Source: Naegleria gruberi (Eukaryota). From it: 64,000 nucleotides of DNA. This document shows, piece after piece, positions 24,601 to 33,753 of this stretch (positions within the stretch are counted from its first letter, which is position 1; each line of letters opens with the position of its first letter). The notes below the pieces were generated by a model. That model saw nothing but the letters and a program-made list of their open reading frames with translations. It did no database searches and was not told where the DNA came from. The position numbers and the translations under genes were made by a program. Where the stretch lies: NCBI GenBank assembly GCA_000004985.1, contig GG738845.1. The stretch is one strand, 5' to 3'.

Positions 24601-24903
24601 ACAATGCATAAGAAACAAACAGTCTATATCCATCCATCCTCTTGTCTATTCACTGGAAATGATAAGGATAAGGTTGTAACAATTATTGGTGATCCAAAGT
24701 TGGCAGCAAAAGAACAAAAAGATCCACCAAAATGGGTTGTCTTCTTTGAGCTAGTTCTCACTACCCAAGAATTTATGAGACAAGTTATTGAGATTGAACC
24801 AACTTGGTTGCTAGAGATTGCTCCTCACTTATATAATGGTAAAATTACTGTTAAGGAGCATAAGATGCCAAAAACTCTTGGAAAATCAAGTCGTAATAAA
24901 TAA
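21685..24903 (+). CDS. PRP16: Pre-mRNA-splicing factor ATP-dependent RNA helicase PRP16/DHX38 (DEAH-box)
   Basis: K/E/R-rich N-terminus, then DEAH helicase core: [43 protein letters not shown] (near-identical to the DHX38 motif I region), DEAH (IDEAHERS), SAT, [15 protein letters not shown], plus helicase-associated HA2/OB C-terminal domains. No S1 domain, so not Prp22. Track start at 21649 is a TTG artefact; the true ATG at 21685 lies in AAAAAAATG context. Confidence 0.85.
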   Translation: [1072 protein letters not shown]

Positions 24904-24934
24904 TTCTTTTACGAAATTGGTGTTATTTACAAGT

Positions 24935-25564
24935 TTACAGACGATTAATCTCTAATTGTTCCCACATATACTCTACAACCTCTTCACGATTCATACCACT
25001 CAGGTCATATGTTTTTGTTTCTTCCGTACCACAAATTAATGCCACAGTATTTGCATTCTCTAAATCGAATATCAGTGGGGCAATATGTTCGTAAAGTTGA
25101 ACTGAAAATTCTGTTGATTTCTGATAATCTTCAATATCTCTCTTTAGTTGTGCTTCCTTTTGTTCTAATTCTTCCAATTCACTTTCTATCAAGGCTGAAT
25201 TATGTGAATAATTTTTAATATCTTTATCAATTTGGTCAATACTGAATTGAATTTCTTGGCATTCTTTTTTCAGTATGGACATTCTCTTCTCATGCTCTTG
25301 TGTGATGAGTGTCTTGTTTTGACATGATTTTTCTAAACTTTTTAATCTAAATAACAGATTACTCATTACGTCTTTAAATTTTAATTCTTGCGATTCGGAA
25401 TACTTTTGAATAGTTTCTTGTGCTTGTGATATATTCCGAACTCGTGCAAAATTACTTTCCATGTTTAACGCATCCAATAAATTTGTTGTCATTTGATCCA
25501 ACGTAAGAAGATCTATTTCTGGGTCTTTCTTCAAATCATCCAAGTTGAGTCCTTTGTGTTGCAT
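24935..25564 (-). CDS. Coiled-coil protein with a small C-terminal globular domain; possibly kinetochore Spc24-like (weak)
   Basis: 209 aa. N-terminal heptad-rich region, then C-terminal ...VQLYEHIAPLIFDLE...NREEVVEYMWEQLE, which loosely resembles the Spc24 RWD-like C-terminus. Convergent with PRP16, with 31 bp between stops. Confidence 0.3.
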   Translation of the reverse strand: MQHKGLNLDDLKKDPEIDLLTLDQMTTNLLDALNMESNFARVRNISQAQETIQKYSESQELKFKDVMSNLLFRLKSLEKSCQNKTLITQEHEKRMSILKKECQEIQFSIDQIDKDIKNYSHNSALIESELEELEQKEAQLKRDIEDYQKSTEFSVQLYEHIAPLIFDLENANTVALICGTEETKTYDLSGMNREEVVEYMWEQLEINRL

Positions 25565-25709
25565 TTTTTATTAAATTTTTAAAACGAATTTTGGCGGGAT
25601 CTTTTTTTAATAAAACGAATTTGGCACTCACTTTCGTACTCAAAAAAATTAAGCGAAAATCTCCATCAAAAAAAAATAACAACCCTTCTCTTTAGCATCT
25701 GGAAGAAGG

Positions 25710-27869
25710 ATGATTTTTTCGGATTTGCCCTTCGAGGTTAAATGTCATATTTTTTCATTTCTGGATTATTTGGAATTTATTTTGCAAAGAGGATTATGCT
25801 TGAATAGTAATTTTTATAGATTACTAAATTCTTCTATCGGAACACCAAGAAAGCTTATTTTTGGATGTGCAAATAAACCAATTCACAGAAGAAATGAATT
25901 GGATCAAAATGAGGAAGAGGATATTTGTATTACAAATAACACACCAATATTTGAGAGAATAACAAAAGTACTCATTCCAAAATTCATCATACCAGTGTCT
26001 TTTCATAAGAGTATCACATACCTAGATGTACATCATATCAGTTCAAAGCTTACCATGAAACAAACTGTTGACTTGTGTAAAGAATTCCCGAATCTAACTC
26101 AAGTTCATTTTGTAAATCATTTCCCTACATTAGCAAGACTCAAGTCCTTTATCTTGGAGTCTCTTTTTCCTAGTCATTGCCCACATTTGAGAGTAATTGA
26201 TATTACTTCTGGAGAATTAAATGCATCTCAACACCAAAGTATGAATGGAGGATCTGTAAAGCAACAAGTCACACCTATTCAGAGATTAATGTCTGAAGAG
26301 GACTTTCCTGTAATTGTTGATTATGCTCTTTTAGTTTTACCTGACACTGCCTCTACAAAAAGTGCTTCTGGTGCTGGAGGGGGAGGAAGTGGTGGAAGTC
26401 GCTATTTGAAAATGAATGATGAACAAACTCTGTCATTTTTAAGACAATTAATTGAAAAATATCATGTACCAATCAATACATGCATACAGGGGAAATATAC
26501 TTTCTTATCAGGTGCCTGTCATAATGGGCATTTCGAATGTATCAAATATTTGTTGAATTTTGGAGCAAATAGCAGAAAGAATTTATCAAAATCGACTGAT
26601 AGTTTAAGTAGAAGCATCTCTTACGATTTAATTAGTTATGCTGAAAGTGCAGAAAAAGAAATTTTACTTTTGAAATCTCAGCCAAATAGAGCTATGTATT
26701 TTTCATTTAAAAGAAATTTCTGCATTGCTCCTCTTATAATAAGTTTAAAGGAGAATATTATTAATTTTTTATTGGAACGCCAGGTATCTTTATGCGAATA
26801 TCAAATTGGTTCTATTATTCAACACTTAAGAAGATCATTAGCAAACATTTCACTGGTTACTCCTGAGCTTAAATTAAAAATTTTAGAAAAGAAAAAGAAA
26901 CAAGAACAACTGTTTTATAATTCATTAAGGAAGGTTAATGCATTTTTATTCAATTTTGATGATTTGGATAGAGAGACTGGCTGTTCTCCAGTGCACCAAA
27001 TTTTAGATTATTCAAGTTTAAGATTGATTTTTGACAAGATGGGAATTTATCCAATATCTGCCTCTACGGAATCTCTAACAGATGAGGTTATCGATATTGT
27101 AAACAGAAAGAATATTTATACTGGAGCAACAATCATACACTTGTTGTGTGCCTCTTCTTCTTCAATAAGCAAGATGTACCAACCAACTTCAATAACTGAA
27201 CTCATATCCAGTCTGAGTAGACCAGAGAGCTCAAATCTTACAGTTCTTGATAGTGAGGTTTTCCACAATATTCAACACTTGCATAATGCATTGGGGGCCA
27301 AATTGGATATTTATGATATGAATGGTATGATGCCAATTCATTTATGTATTGATATGGAGAGGTATGAGTTGGCTAGAGAGTGGCTAAAATGGAAACCATC
27401 ACATGCACTCTTTCTTACTAAATCTACCAATGAATCAATATTACACATACTAACAGAGCACCTTTTCCAATCCCTTTTCGAGTTTAGTGCCTCAAGTAGT
27501 GAGGATGAGGGTTACAGAAGATGTATGAACAATAATTTTATTCTTGAATCACCTGCTTCACCTTCTTCAGATATTTCAATCCCTCTCAAAGATAGGTTAG
27601 AGGATAGCCTGTTAGAGAAACGAAGAATGGAGATGGTAGAAAAAGAACGAGAGAACAAGGTTACTAGAATTATTTCACTTTTCAAAGTTATTCTAACTGG
27701 GTTGGATTTGACTAATCGCGAGAAACAAGAGCTTATTAGTGTAGAAAATGATCTTGGGAGCAATGTTTTGGATATGATTGAATCATCTATTGAGGAAAAT
27801 AGCTATGAGGAAGATGATGAATTCTTTAGACAACACATTTACCAGCTGAAACAATTATTAGAATATTAA
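25710..27869 (+). CDS. F-box and ankyrin-repeat protein
   Basis: N-terminal F-box (LPFEVKCHIFSFLDYLEF). Ankyrin repeats follow (GACHNGHFECIKYLLNFGANS..., several LH/LL ankyrin-like hairpins). Confidence 0.6.
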   Translation: MIFSDLPFEVKCHIFSFLDYLEFILQRGLCLNSNFYRLLNSSIGTPRKLIFGCANKPIHRRNELDQNEEEDICITNNTPIFERITKVLIPKFIIPVSFHKSITYLDVHHISSKLTMKQTVDLCKEFPNLTQVHFVNHFPTLARLKSFILESLFPSHCPHLRVIDITSGELNASQHQSMNGGSVKQQVTPIQRLMSEEDFPVIVDYALLVLPDTASTKSASGAGGGGSGGSRYLKMNDEQTLSFLRQLIEKYHVPINTCIQGKYTFLSGACHNGHFECIKYLLNFGANSRKNLSKSTDSLSRSISYDLISYAESAEKEILLLKSQPNRAMYFSFKRNFCIAPLIISLKENIINFLLERQVSLCEYQIGSIIQHLRRSLANISLVTPELKLKILEKKKKQEQLFYNSLRKVNAFLFNFDDLDRETGCSPVHQILDYSSLRLIFDKMGIYPISASTESLTDEVIDIVNRKNIYTGATIIHLLCASSSSISKMYQPTSITELISSLSRPESSNLTVLDSEVFHNIQHLHNALGAKLDIYDMNGMMPIHLCIDMERYELAREWLKWKPSHALFLTKSTNESILHILTEHLFQSLFEFSASSSEDEGYRRCMNNNFILESPASPSSDISIPLKDRLEDSLLEKRRMEMVEKERENKVTRIISLFKVILTGLDLTNREKQELISVENDLGSNVLDMIESSIEENSYEEDDEFFRQHIYQLKQLLEY

Positions 27870-27986
27870 AGAATATTGAAACAATTATTATTCCGAATTA
27901 TTGTTGTATTTGTGTCATATTACTTAGTATTCCGAATAATTGTTGTATGTTTTGTATTGAAAAACCGAAAACATACAACAAAAAAA

Positions 27987-30773
27987 ATGTCCCAAAGTGT
28001 TGATGATATCTTTGAAGAAATGATGAGAGAGGAGAAAGCCAAACTACTTCAGGCAAGCTCCTTTCAAAAACATAAAGAACAAGTTACAACGGAATACCTA
28101 GGAGCAAAAATTAACAAATCATCATCTAACACTTCAGCATCCGATACAAAAACGCCATACATTTCGTCGGAAATTGAAATTCTACTCCAACAAACACCAC
28201 AACAAATACTTCAAAATATACAAAGAGATGTAAATTGTTTAACCAGTACAGAAAAGGGAAAAAGAATTGGTGCGATGAAGAAATTAAAATCACTTTTTGA
28301 TGCTATGGAAAGCAGAAAAGATAGCCTTCCTATTGTTGATTATATGAAGTTTTTCTTTTCTCACATTTATCAACCACTCTTAAAACTATTTTCCAATGAA
28401 ACTGAATATTGCAGAGAAACTTCTGTAAAACTGATTGCAACCTTCATTAGCTATGCAAGCAGGAGTGAAATAGAAGAATCTCTTCCCTTCATGATACCAA
28501 TACTGGAAGAAAGAATGAAAGGTCCAAAGGAAAAATTTAATGAAGAAAGCGAGGAAGTTAGAGTATCACTTGTCAAATTGATGAAATTATTGATTGAAAA
28601 ATGCACTTCGATCTTTGAGGATGCAGATTACCTACAGGCAGCCATTCACTTTTTGGAAAAAGCTTTTGAAGATTTTCATGCTGTTAAAATTGAGGCTTGT
28701 GGTTGTGTTGTTTCTCTTTGTTTGTCTCTCAAGGAAACAACAATCAAGCTTTTTTCAGGATCACTGATAAAAAAACTTGTCCCTCACCTTAAACATCAAA
28801 GATTTAATGTACGGTCTGACGTTCTGGAAGCAATTAAGCATTTAGTCTCTTGCGGATCTGTAGAAGTGTTGGAAGAATTACACTCTCCTTTAAGAGAATT
28901 ATGTTTGGACAGATCTAGTGCTGTGAGGCAAAAGTTGTTGGATGTGGTTATTGACTGGACACTTAATTTAAGAGACAAATACTCATTTCAACACAACTTT
29001 GTCTATTATCTTGTCTTGCTTAGCTCTGATGAAATTGACACAATTTCCAAATCTGCATTTGACTATATTTTGGAAGCTGGGAGACAATTTGAAAATGATC
29101 ACGAAGATGAAGTCAACGAAACTAGAATGTATGATGAAGATGAGAATAATCAAATCAAATCTACTGTTTACGAAGATGTTGAAAGATTACCAAAATTACC
29201 GCCAGTAATTATTCAAAGACCTCTTCTTGGTTCTAGATTGCTTGTAGGAAAAAAACATTTGACAAAGGTGATTAATTATCTGATTACAGATTTTGAAGAT
29301 TGGAGTCTCCAAAGAAGAATTGAAGCAGCTAAAGCACTTCAATTGTGTGTGATATTTGCCGAAAGAAATCTGACACAACATTTGGACAAGTTAATGGTCA
29401 CATTATTCCAAGCCTGCAATGATGACGAAAAGGACTTAAGAGAAGAGTCACTAAGGGTTGTATCTCTGATAGGATACTTTTTAGAACCAGAAACATATTT
29501 AAATATTATTTATAACAATTCCAGACCAGAATATGCAGCATCCCCAAAATTTTTATCAACTGTTCTCAAATGCCTCTCCCTTTTGGTTTCTCACTCCCAT
29601 TCCATGTTAGTATCTAAAATTTTACCTACCTTATTGAACAAACTTGGATCACAACATTTGGTTTATAGCGAGGAGCCAAATGTCAAGTTAAATATTTTAC
29701 ACATATTGGATGCCTGTCTGTGTAACAAGTCAGTTACTACTCTAGAGATAGGGTTTGAAGTATTCATTTTGGTTTTAAAGGTTTGTTCCCAGCCAAATAC
29801 CCCTGAGGTAATTTCTAAATCGGGTCTTTCACTAATGGATCAAGAGGCAAAGTTATTCGGTTTGAATAATGTTGAGGAATTCTACAATATCTATTATGAA
29901 AAAGCTTTTACAATATTCACCTCTGATGTTGCCTCTTGGGATAAGTTATCACCAAATTTTTATTCTTTCGAAGCCCTTCTTAGAAATTCACCAAAGTCCA
30001 CCATTATCCACTTTTCAAAGATTTTTGAAGTATTGGGAATTCATCTTGCTACGGACAAAGATCCAATGATGATTCTCAGACTTCTCTCTGCTTTGAACTC
30101 GATTATTTATTCGAGTGGAAAAGAACTATCTCAAGAACACATTCATTATATATTAACACATTTTATTTACCCACACTCCAAATGGAGAAATGGAAGAGTA
30201 TACGTTGATGTTAGAAAAGCTGCAATTTCATGCTTTAGCTGTATAGTTCGACAACAATTATGTACTACAAAGGAAACTATCCAAACATTTTGCAGTGAAA
30301 GTCAATTCGATAATTTTATGTCGTGCATGGATGATGATTTCGATCCTCATTTGAGAGGTCTTGTAGTGAAGATAATGATTGATTTAATAGAGTATTCTCA
30401 TGATTTATTAACTGAAAAGCAATGGGATACCCTTTGTACAGAATTGAGAAATAGAATGGAGGATGAAAATGATGATGTGAGAGCAATTACATCTACTACT
30501 ATCGGTCAACTACTTCTTTATCTTCCAGCCCAAATGGTAGACCAATGTACTGCCCTCGTTTTTTGTTTGTCCACTCACATGGATGACCCTAATCCAGAGA
30601 TTAGAAAATCTTGTTTTAATACTTTTCAAACTGTGATATCTGATTTCAAAAATCATCAACACTTGGAATATGTAAAAGAGAGACTAGATACAATTAACCA
30701 TCAAATTAGAGGTTTTCTTCAATCATCAGTTAGGGCTAAGAATGATTCCTTACCTTACCAGAATTTAATTTGA
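27987..30773 (+). CDS. HEAT/ARM-repeat protein (about 929 aa)
   Basis: Alpha-helical repeat pattern throughout. Start codon in ACAACAAAAAAAATG context; track start at 27876 is an in-frame upstream artefact. I could not assign a specific family. Confidence 0.5.
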   Translation: MSQSVDDIFEEMMREEKAKLLQASSFQKHKEQVTTEYLGAKINKSSSNTSASDTKTPYISSEIEILLQQTPQQILQNIQRDVNCLTSTEKGKRIGAMKKLKSLFDAMESRKDSLPIVDYMKFFFSHIYQPLLKLFSNETEYCRETSVKLIATFISYASRSEIEESLPFMIPILEERMKGPKEKFNEESEEVRVSLVKLMKLLIEKCTSIFEDADYLQAAIHFLEKAFEDFHAVKIEACGCVVSLCLSLKETTIKLFSGSLIKKLVPHLKHQRFNVRSDVLEAIKHLVSCGSVEVLEELHSPLRELCLDRSSAVRQKLLDVVIDWTLNLRDKYSFQHNFVYYLVLLSSDEIDTISKSAFDYILEAGRQFENDHEDEVNETRMYDEDENNQIKSTVYEDVERLPKLPPVIIQRPLLGSRLLVGKKHLTKVINYLITDFEDWSLQRRIEAAKALQLCVIFAERNLTQHLDKLMVTLFQACNDDEKDLREESLRVVSLIGYFLEPETYLNIIYNNSRPEYAASPKFLSTVLKCLSLLVSHSHSMLVSKILPTLLNKLGSQHLVYSEEPNVKLNILHILDACLCNKSVTTLEIGFEVFILVLKVCSQPNTPEVISKSGLSLMDQEAKLFGLNNVEEFYNIYYEKAFTIFTSDVASWDKLSPNFYSFEALLRNSPKSTIIHFSKIFEVLGIHLATDKDPMMILRLLSALNSIIYSSGKELSQEHIHYILTHFIYPHSKWRNGRVYVDVRKAAISCFSCIVRQQLCTTKETIQTFCSESQFDNFMSCMDDDFDPHLRGLVVKIMIDLIEYSHDLLTEKQWDTLCTELRNRMEDENDDVRAITSTTIGQLLLYLPAQMVDQCTALVFCLSTHMDDPNPEIRKSCFNTFQTVISDFKNHQHLEYVKERLDTINHQIRGFLQSSVRAKNDSLPYQNLI

Positions 30774-30789
30774 AATAAAAAGAATGTTT

Positions 30790-31060
30790 CTCCAGTTGAA
30801 TATTACGTGCTGCAAGCAACACCGAGAAGCGAGCATGAATCACAGAACATGAGGACAGAGGTCCTATCACACTCAGCGATCCTCTGGAACAACAAGGAGA
30901 ATATTGCTAAGGCTGATACCTAACAAAGGTGGAGTGTTTAAAGACGGTAATTGTTGAATTCTGTGCCATAAAGACACCATCAACTACTGTTAAACGCGTT
31001 GCTCCATTCAGCACTAGGAGTCGTTCTCAACATTATGCCAAACTCAAAAAATTTTAATTG
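30790..31060. other. GC-rich island (about 47% GC in a roughly 30% GC background); candidate non-coding RNA or regulatory element
   Basis: No ORF on either strand. Composition is sharply different from flanking DNA. Contains short perfect hairpins (AGGAC-AGAG-GTCCT). The minus strand carries CGCTTCTCGG, identical to a decamer of the U2 snRNA 5' region, but the rest does not follow U2. Confidence 0.3.
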
Positions 31061-31327
31061 TTATTTTTTAATTGGTTGTGGTTGAAGAAAATTACCGATA
31101 TTTGTTCGAGCATATTCCACATTTTAAATTAGTCTTGGGTGATGACCAATCATTGGGCATAATTAAGGAAAGGAAGATGTATTTATTTATCTCTTCCCTC
31201 ATTAACCGCCAAAAACATTATTTTGCAATCGTAAAAAATAGTGCTCACCTGGCAGCACGTCATCATCAAATATTATTTATTTATTGAGGAATTGGTTGGA
31301 GGATTTAGGCTTTGAAATATCTTCGGA

Positions 31328-33728
31328 ATGTCTCAAAGAAATCCAAAACTTGAAAGAAGTGATTCTAACCTCAGTACTACATCCACTCCTTCATCATTGG
31401 AGGATATTTACAAGGCAAAGAAGAATTTACCTTTCAAAACTATAAATTTAAGCGCTGTAAATAGAGTTGAACAAATATCGAGTAGAGGAGGTTTTGGACC
31501 AACACCAGAAATTGAGACTCCTGATTTTGCTGCCCTAAGAATTAAAACACCAACAGCACAACTGGGTAGACCTACTGAAAAAATTGATTTAAATTTCCCT
31601 AAATTAAGCTCGAGAAAAACACCACGATCTGCTAGGGAAGAAAGTTTCATATCACTAAATTCTAGTGAGATCAAAACATCAACACCCATAATTTCCCCAA
31701 AGAAAAATAGATCAGCAACAGCAATTGGACATTCGAATGAAAAAAAGGATTGGTTTTCTGAGGAAAAGAGAATAGACAATTCTCTGAGTGAATTAACAAA
31801 ATATGAGAATTATAAATTTCAACGATGGAATAGAAATCTTGAGGCTGTCCCAATTGAGCAACCTGCTGATAATGTATTAATGAGAATTGACAATGATGAA
31901 GAGATCACTCCTTTTCTTACAGAACTAACATCAAGAAACAGACAAATACAGAGGAGGACACCCCTTGGCAGGCATACTCCAACAGCAAACGAGGAAGACA
32001 GCGCAGAGAGTATTATCAAAAATAAGCAAGCAAGATACAGATCATTTCTCAATAATAGAACATCAAGTTTAGCTGAATCAAAAAACCAAAGACCGAGTAC
32101 ATCCTTTGAAATGTACAAGAAGCAATTGTTGGATGCGGAAGAAAAATTTGATGCCTTGGACACAAGTTGGGCTGAATTTGGAATGACTTCTACATCTTCA
32201 TTTCTGAAAAAAATTCAAACCCTAGACGTGAAAAAGAGTTCCATGAAAGAAATAGAGGACGATCTAAAACGAAAAATTAAAGAATTCAAGGAAAATGCCA
32301 ATAAGAAAGACCTTCAAAACCATATTAAGGAAATTAAAATTCTCAAAATGAAAAGAAGAAAAGAGATGAAACAAGTCTACAAAAAAGACCTTATTTCAGA
32401 GAATAAGTTTATTGCAGCATCACTTACCAAGGAAGCTAAAGATGAAAAGAGAGACCTCTTTTCAAGGCAACGAGAAGAAAGAATTAAACAGGCTCGAGAA
32501 CAAAAATTACACAATTTACTGGAGAAGAGGGCTCGTACAGAAGACATGATCAAGGATCGAGAAATGGTATGTATTTTCGAATTAGTAAATTTAACTTGGG
32601 TTATAGAGGGAAGAAATCAGAAATCAACAGCTCAAAAAAATTTCTCTTCATACTTCATGGAAAACTATAGTTACGATTATTAACTCATTGTACATAATTA
32701 AAGAAAAGATTAAGCTCTCATACGAAGAACGAGAAAGAAAGAAGGAAACAATCGAGGAAGCCCCAATGTTGGACGTTCAAGATGCAGACTATGAAAAAAA
32801 GAGACAATATTTCAATTTACTTTTTCGTGAAAAATACCAAAATACTCTGGATCGTATTAAAGAACTTATTGGTAATGGTGTGAGAAGATGGAGGGAGCAA
32901 AAGAAATATGAATCAATTCTGTTGATAGCCAAATTTTTGACTGACTTGGCAGAGACGTATAGAATTCCTTTGGCTGTTTCTAAATTCAAAAATGCTGTAA
33001 TCAAGGTACAAAGAGCTTACAGAAGCTACTTGCAAATGAAGTCATCCCAAAAGTTATTGCATTTTCTTCAACTTGAAAAGTTTATTCAGAGAAGAGTGGA
33101 AAGAATCGAGAGAGAAATCTCCAAACTGTATAACGGTAAAAAGGGAACGAAACCTCAAGAGGTTAATAGCCAAACTCTTAACAAAATGATGAGTTCAGCA
33201 ACTTTAGGCGTTCAAAATTCGAAAGTACTCTTCGATTTAGTTGCCCAAAAAGAGGAAATTAAGAAAATACCGAAGTAAGTTGCAATTTTTTAAAATTCTG
33301 TACATAAAATTGATTTTAGAGAATTGAAAGAAGAGGTTGTAAATAGATACTATAACGAGAGAAGATCTGAGCATTTCAGAAAATTAAGACTCTTCGAAAA
33401 GGAGACAATGTCAATGAAAAAAGCCTCCGTGTTTTCAGACTTTAGGCCAAAACAAAGTTTCACTCTTTCTAAAAATGAATTACAATCCCTTTTCGATGAA
33501 TGCTACAGACGAACGAGAGAAGATATTCAACGAAGAGAACGATCTCACCTTGGTGGTATCAGAACTGAGTCTAAGATGAAATTAAACCCAGAGGCCCAAA
33601 AATCATCAAACCAGCTATTCAAACTAGCAAGAACAGCAACTAGAATAGCTGTTGGCTTTAAGAACATGTCAAAACCGTCAGAAACTCATCTTACATCACC
33701 TAAACCAGTACAATTTACAGAAAATTAA
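31328..33728 (+). CDS. IQ-motif coiled-coil protein. Three exons: join(31328..32566, 32607..33274, 33320..33728).
   Basis: Track ORF 1 ends at ATG|GTATGT (phase 0). A 40-nt intron with ATTTAAC ends TTATAG at 32606. ORF 2 ends at AA|GTAAGT. A 45-nt intron ends TTTTAG at 33319. All three ORFs join in frame. IQ motif AVIKVQRAYRSYLQMK lies in exon 2. N-terminus is Ser/Thr-rich. Confidence 0.6.
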
Positions 33729-33753
33729 GAATAAAGGTTTAAGAGATGCTTTA

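Noticed and set aside
30830-30870. CGCTTCTCGG decamer on the minus strand, identical to the U2 snRNA 5' region
   Set aside because: Flanking sequence lacks the GUAGUA branch-point-recognition region and Sm site. Only about 60 nt remain before the neighbouring gene. Kept only as part of the GC-island finding.
31246-31265. GTGCTCACCTGGCAGCAC resembles the U6 snRNA 5' stem-loop (GTGCTCGCTTCGGCAGCAC) and the U1 5' end (ACTTACCTGGCAG)
   Set aside because: No ACAGAGA or AGC triad follows, so not U6. No sequence complementary to the GTAAGT donors used here, so not U1. The segment runs straight into the ATG of the IQ gene at 31328, so it is more likely a 5'-UTR hairpin or coincidence.
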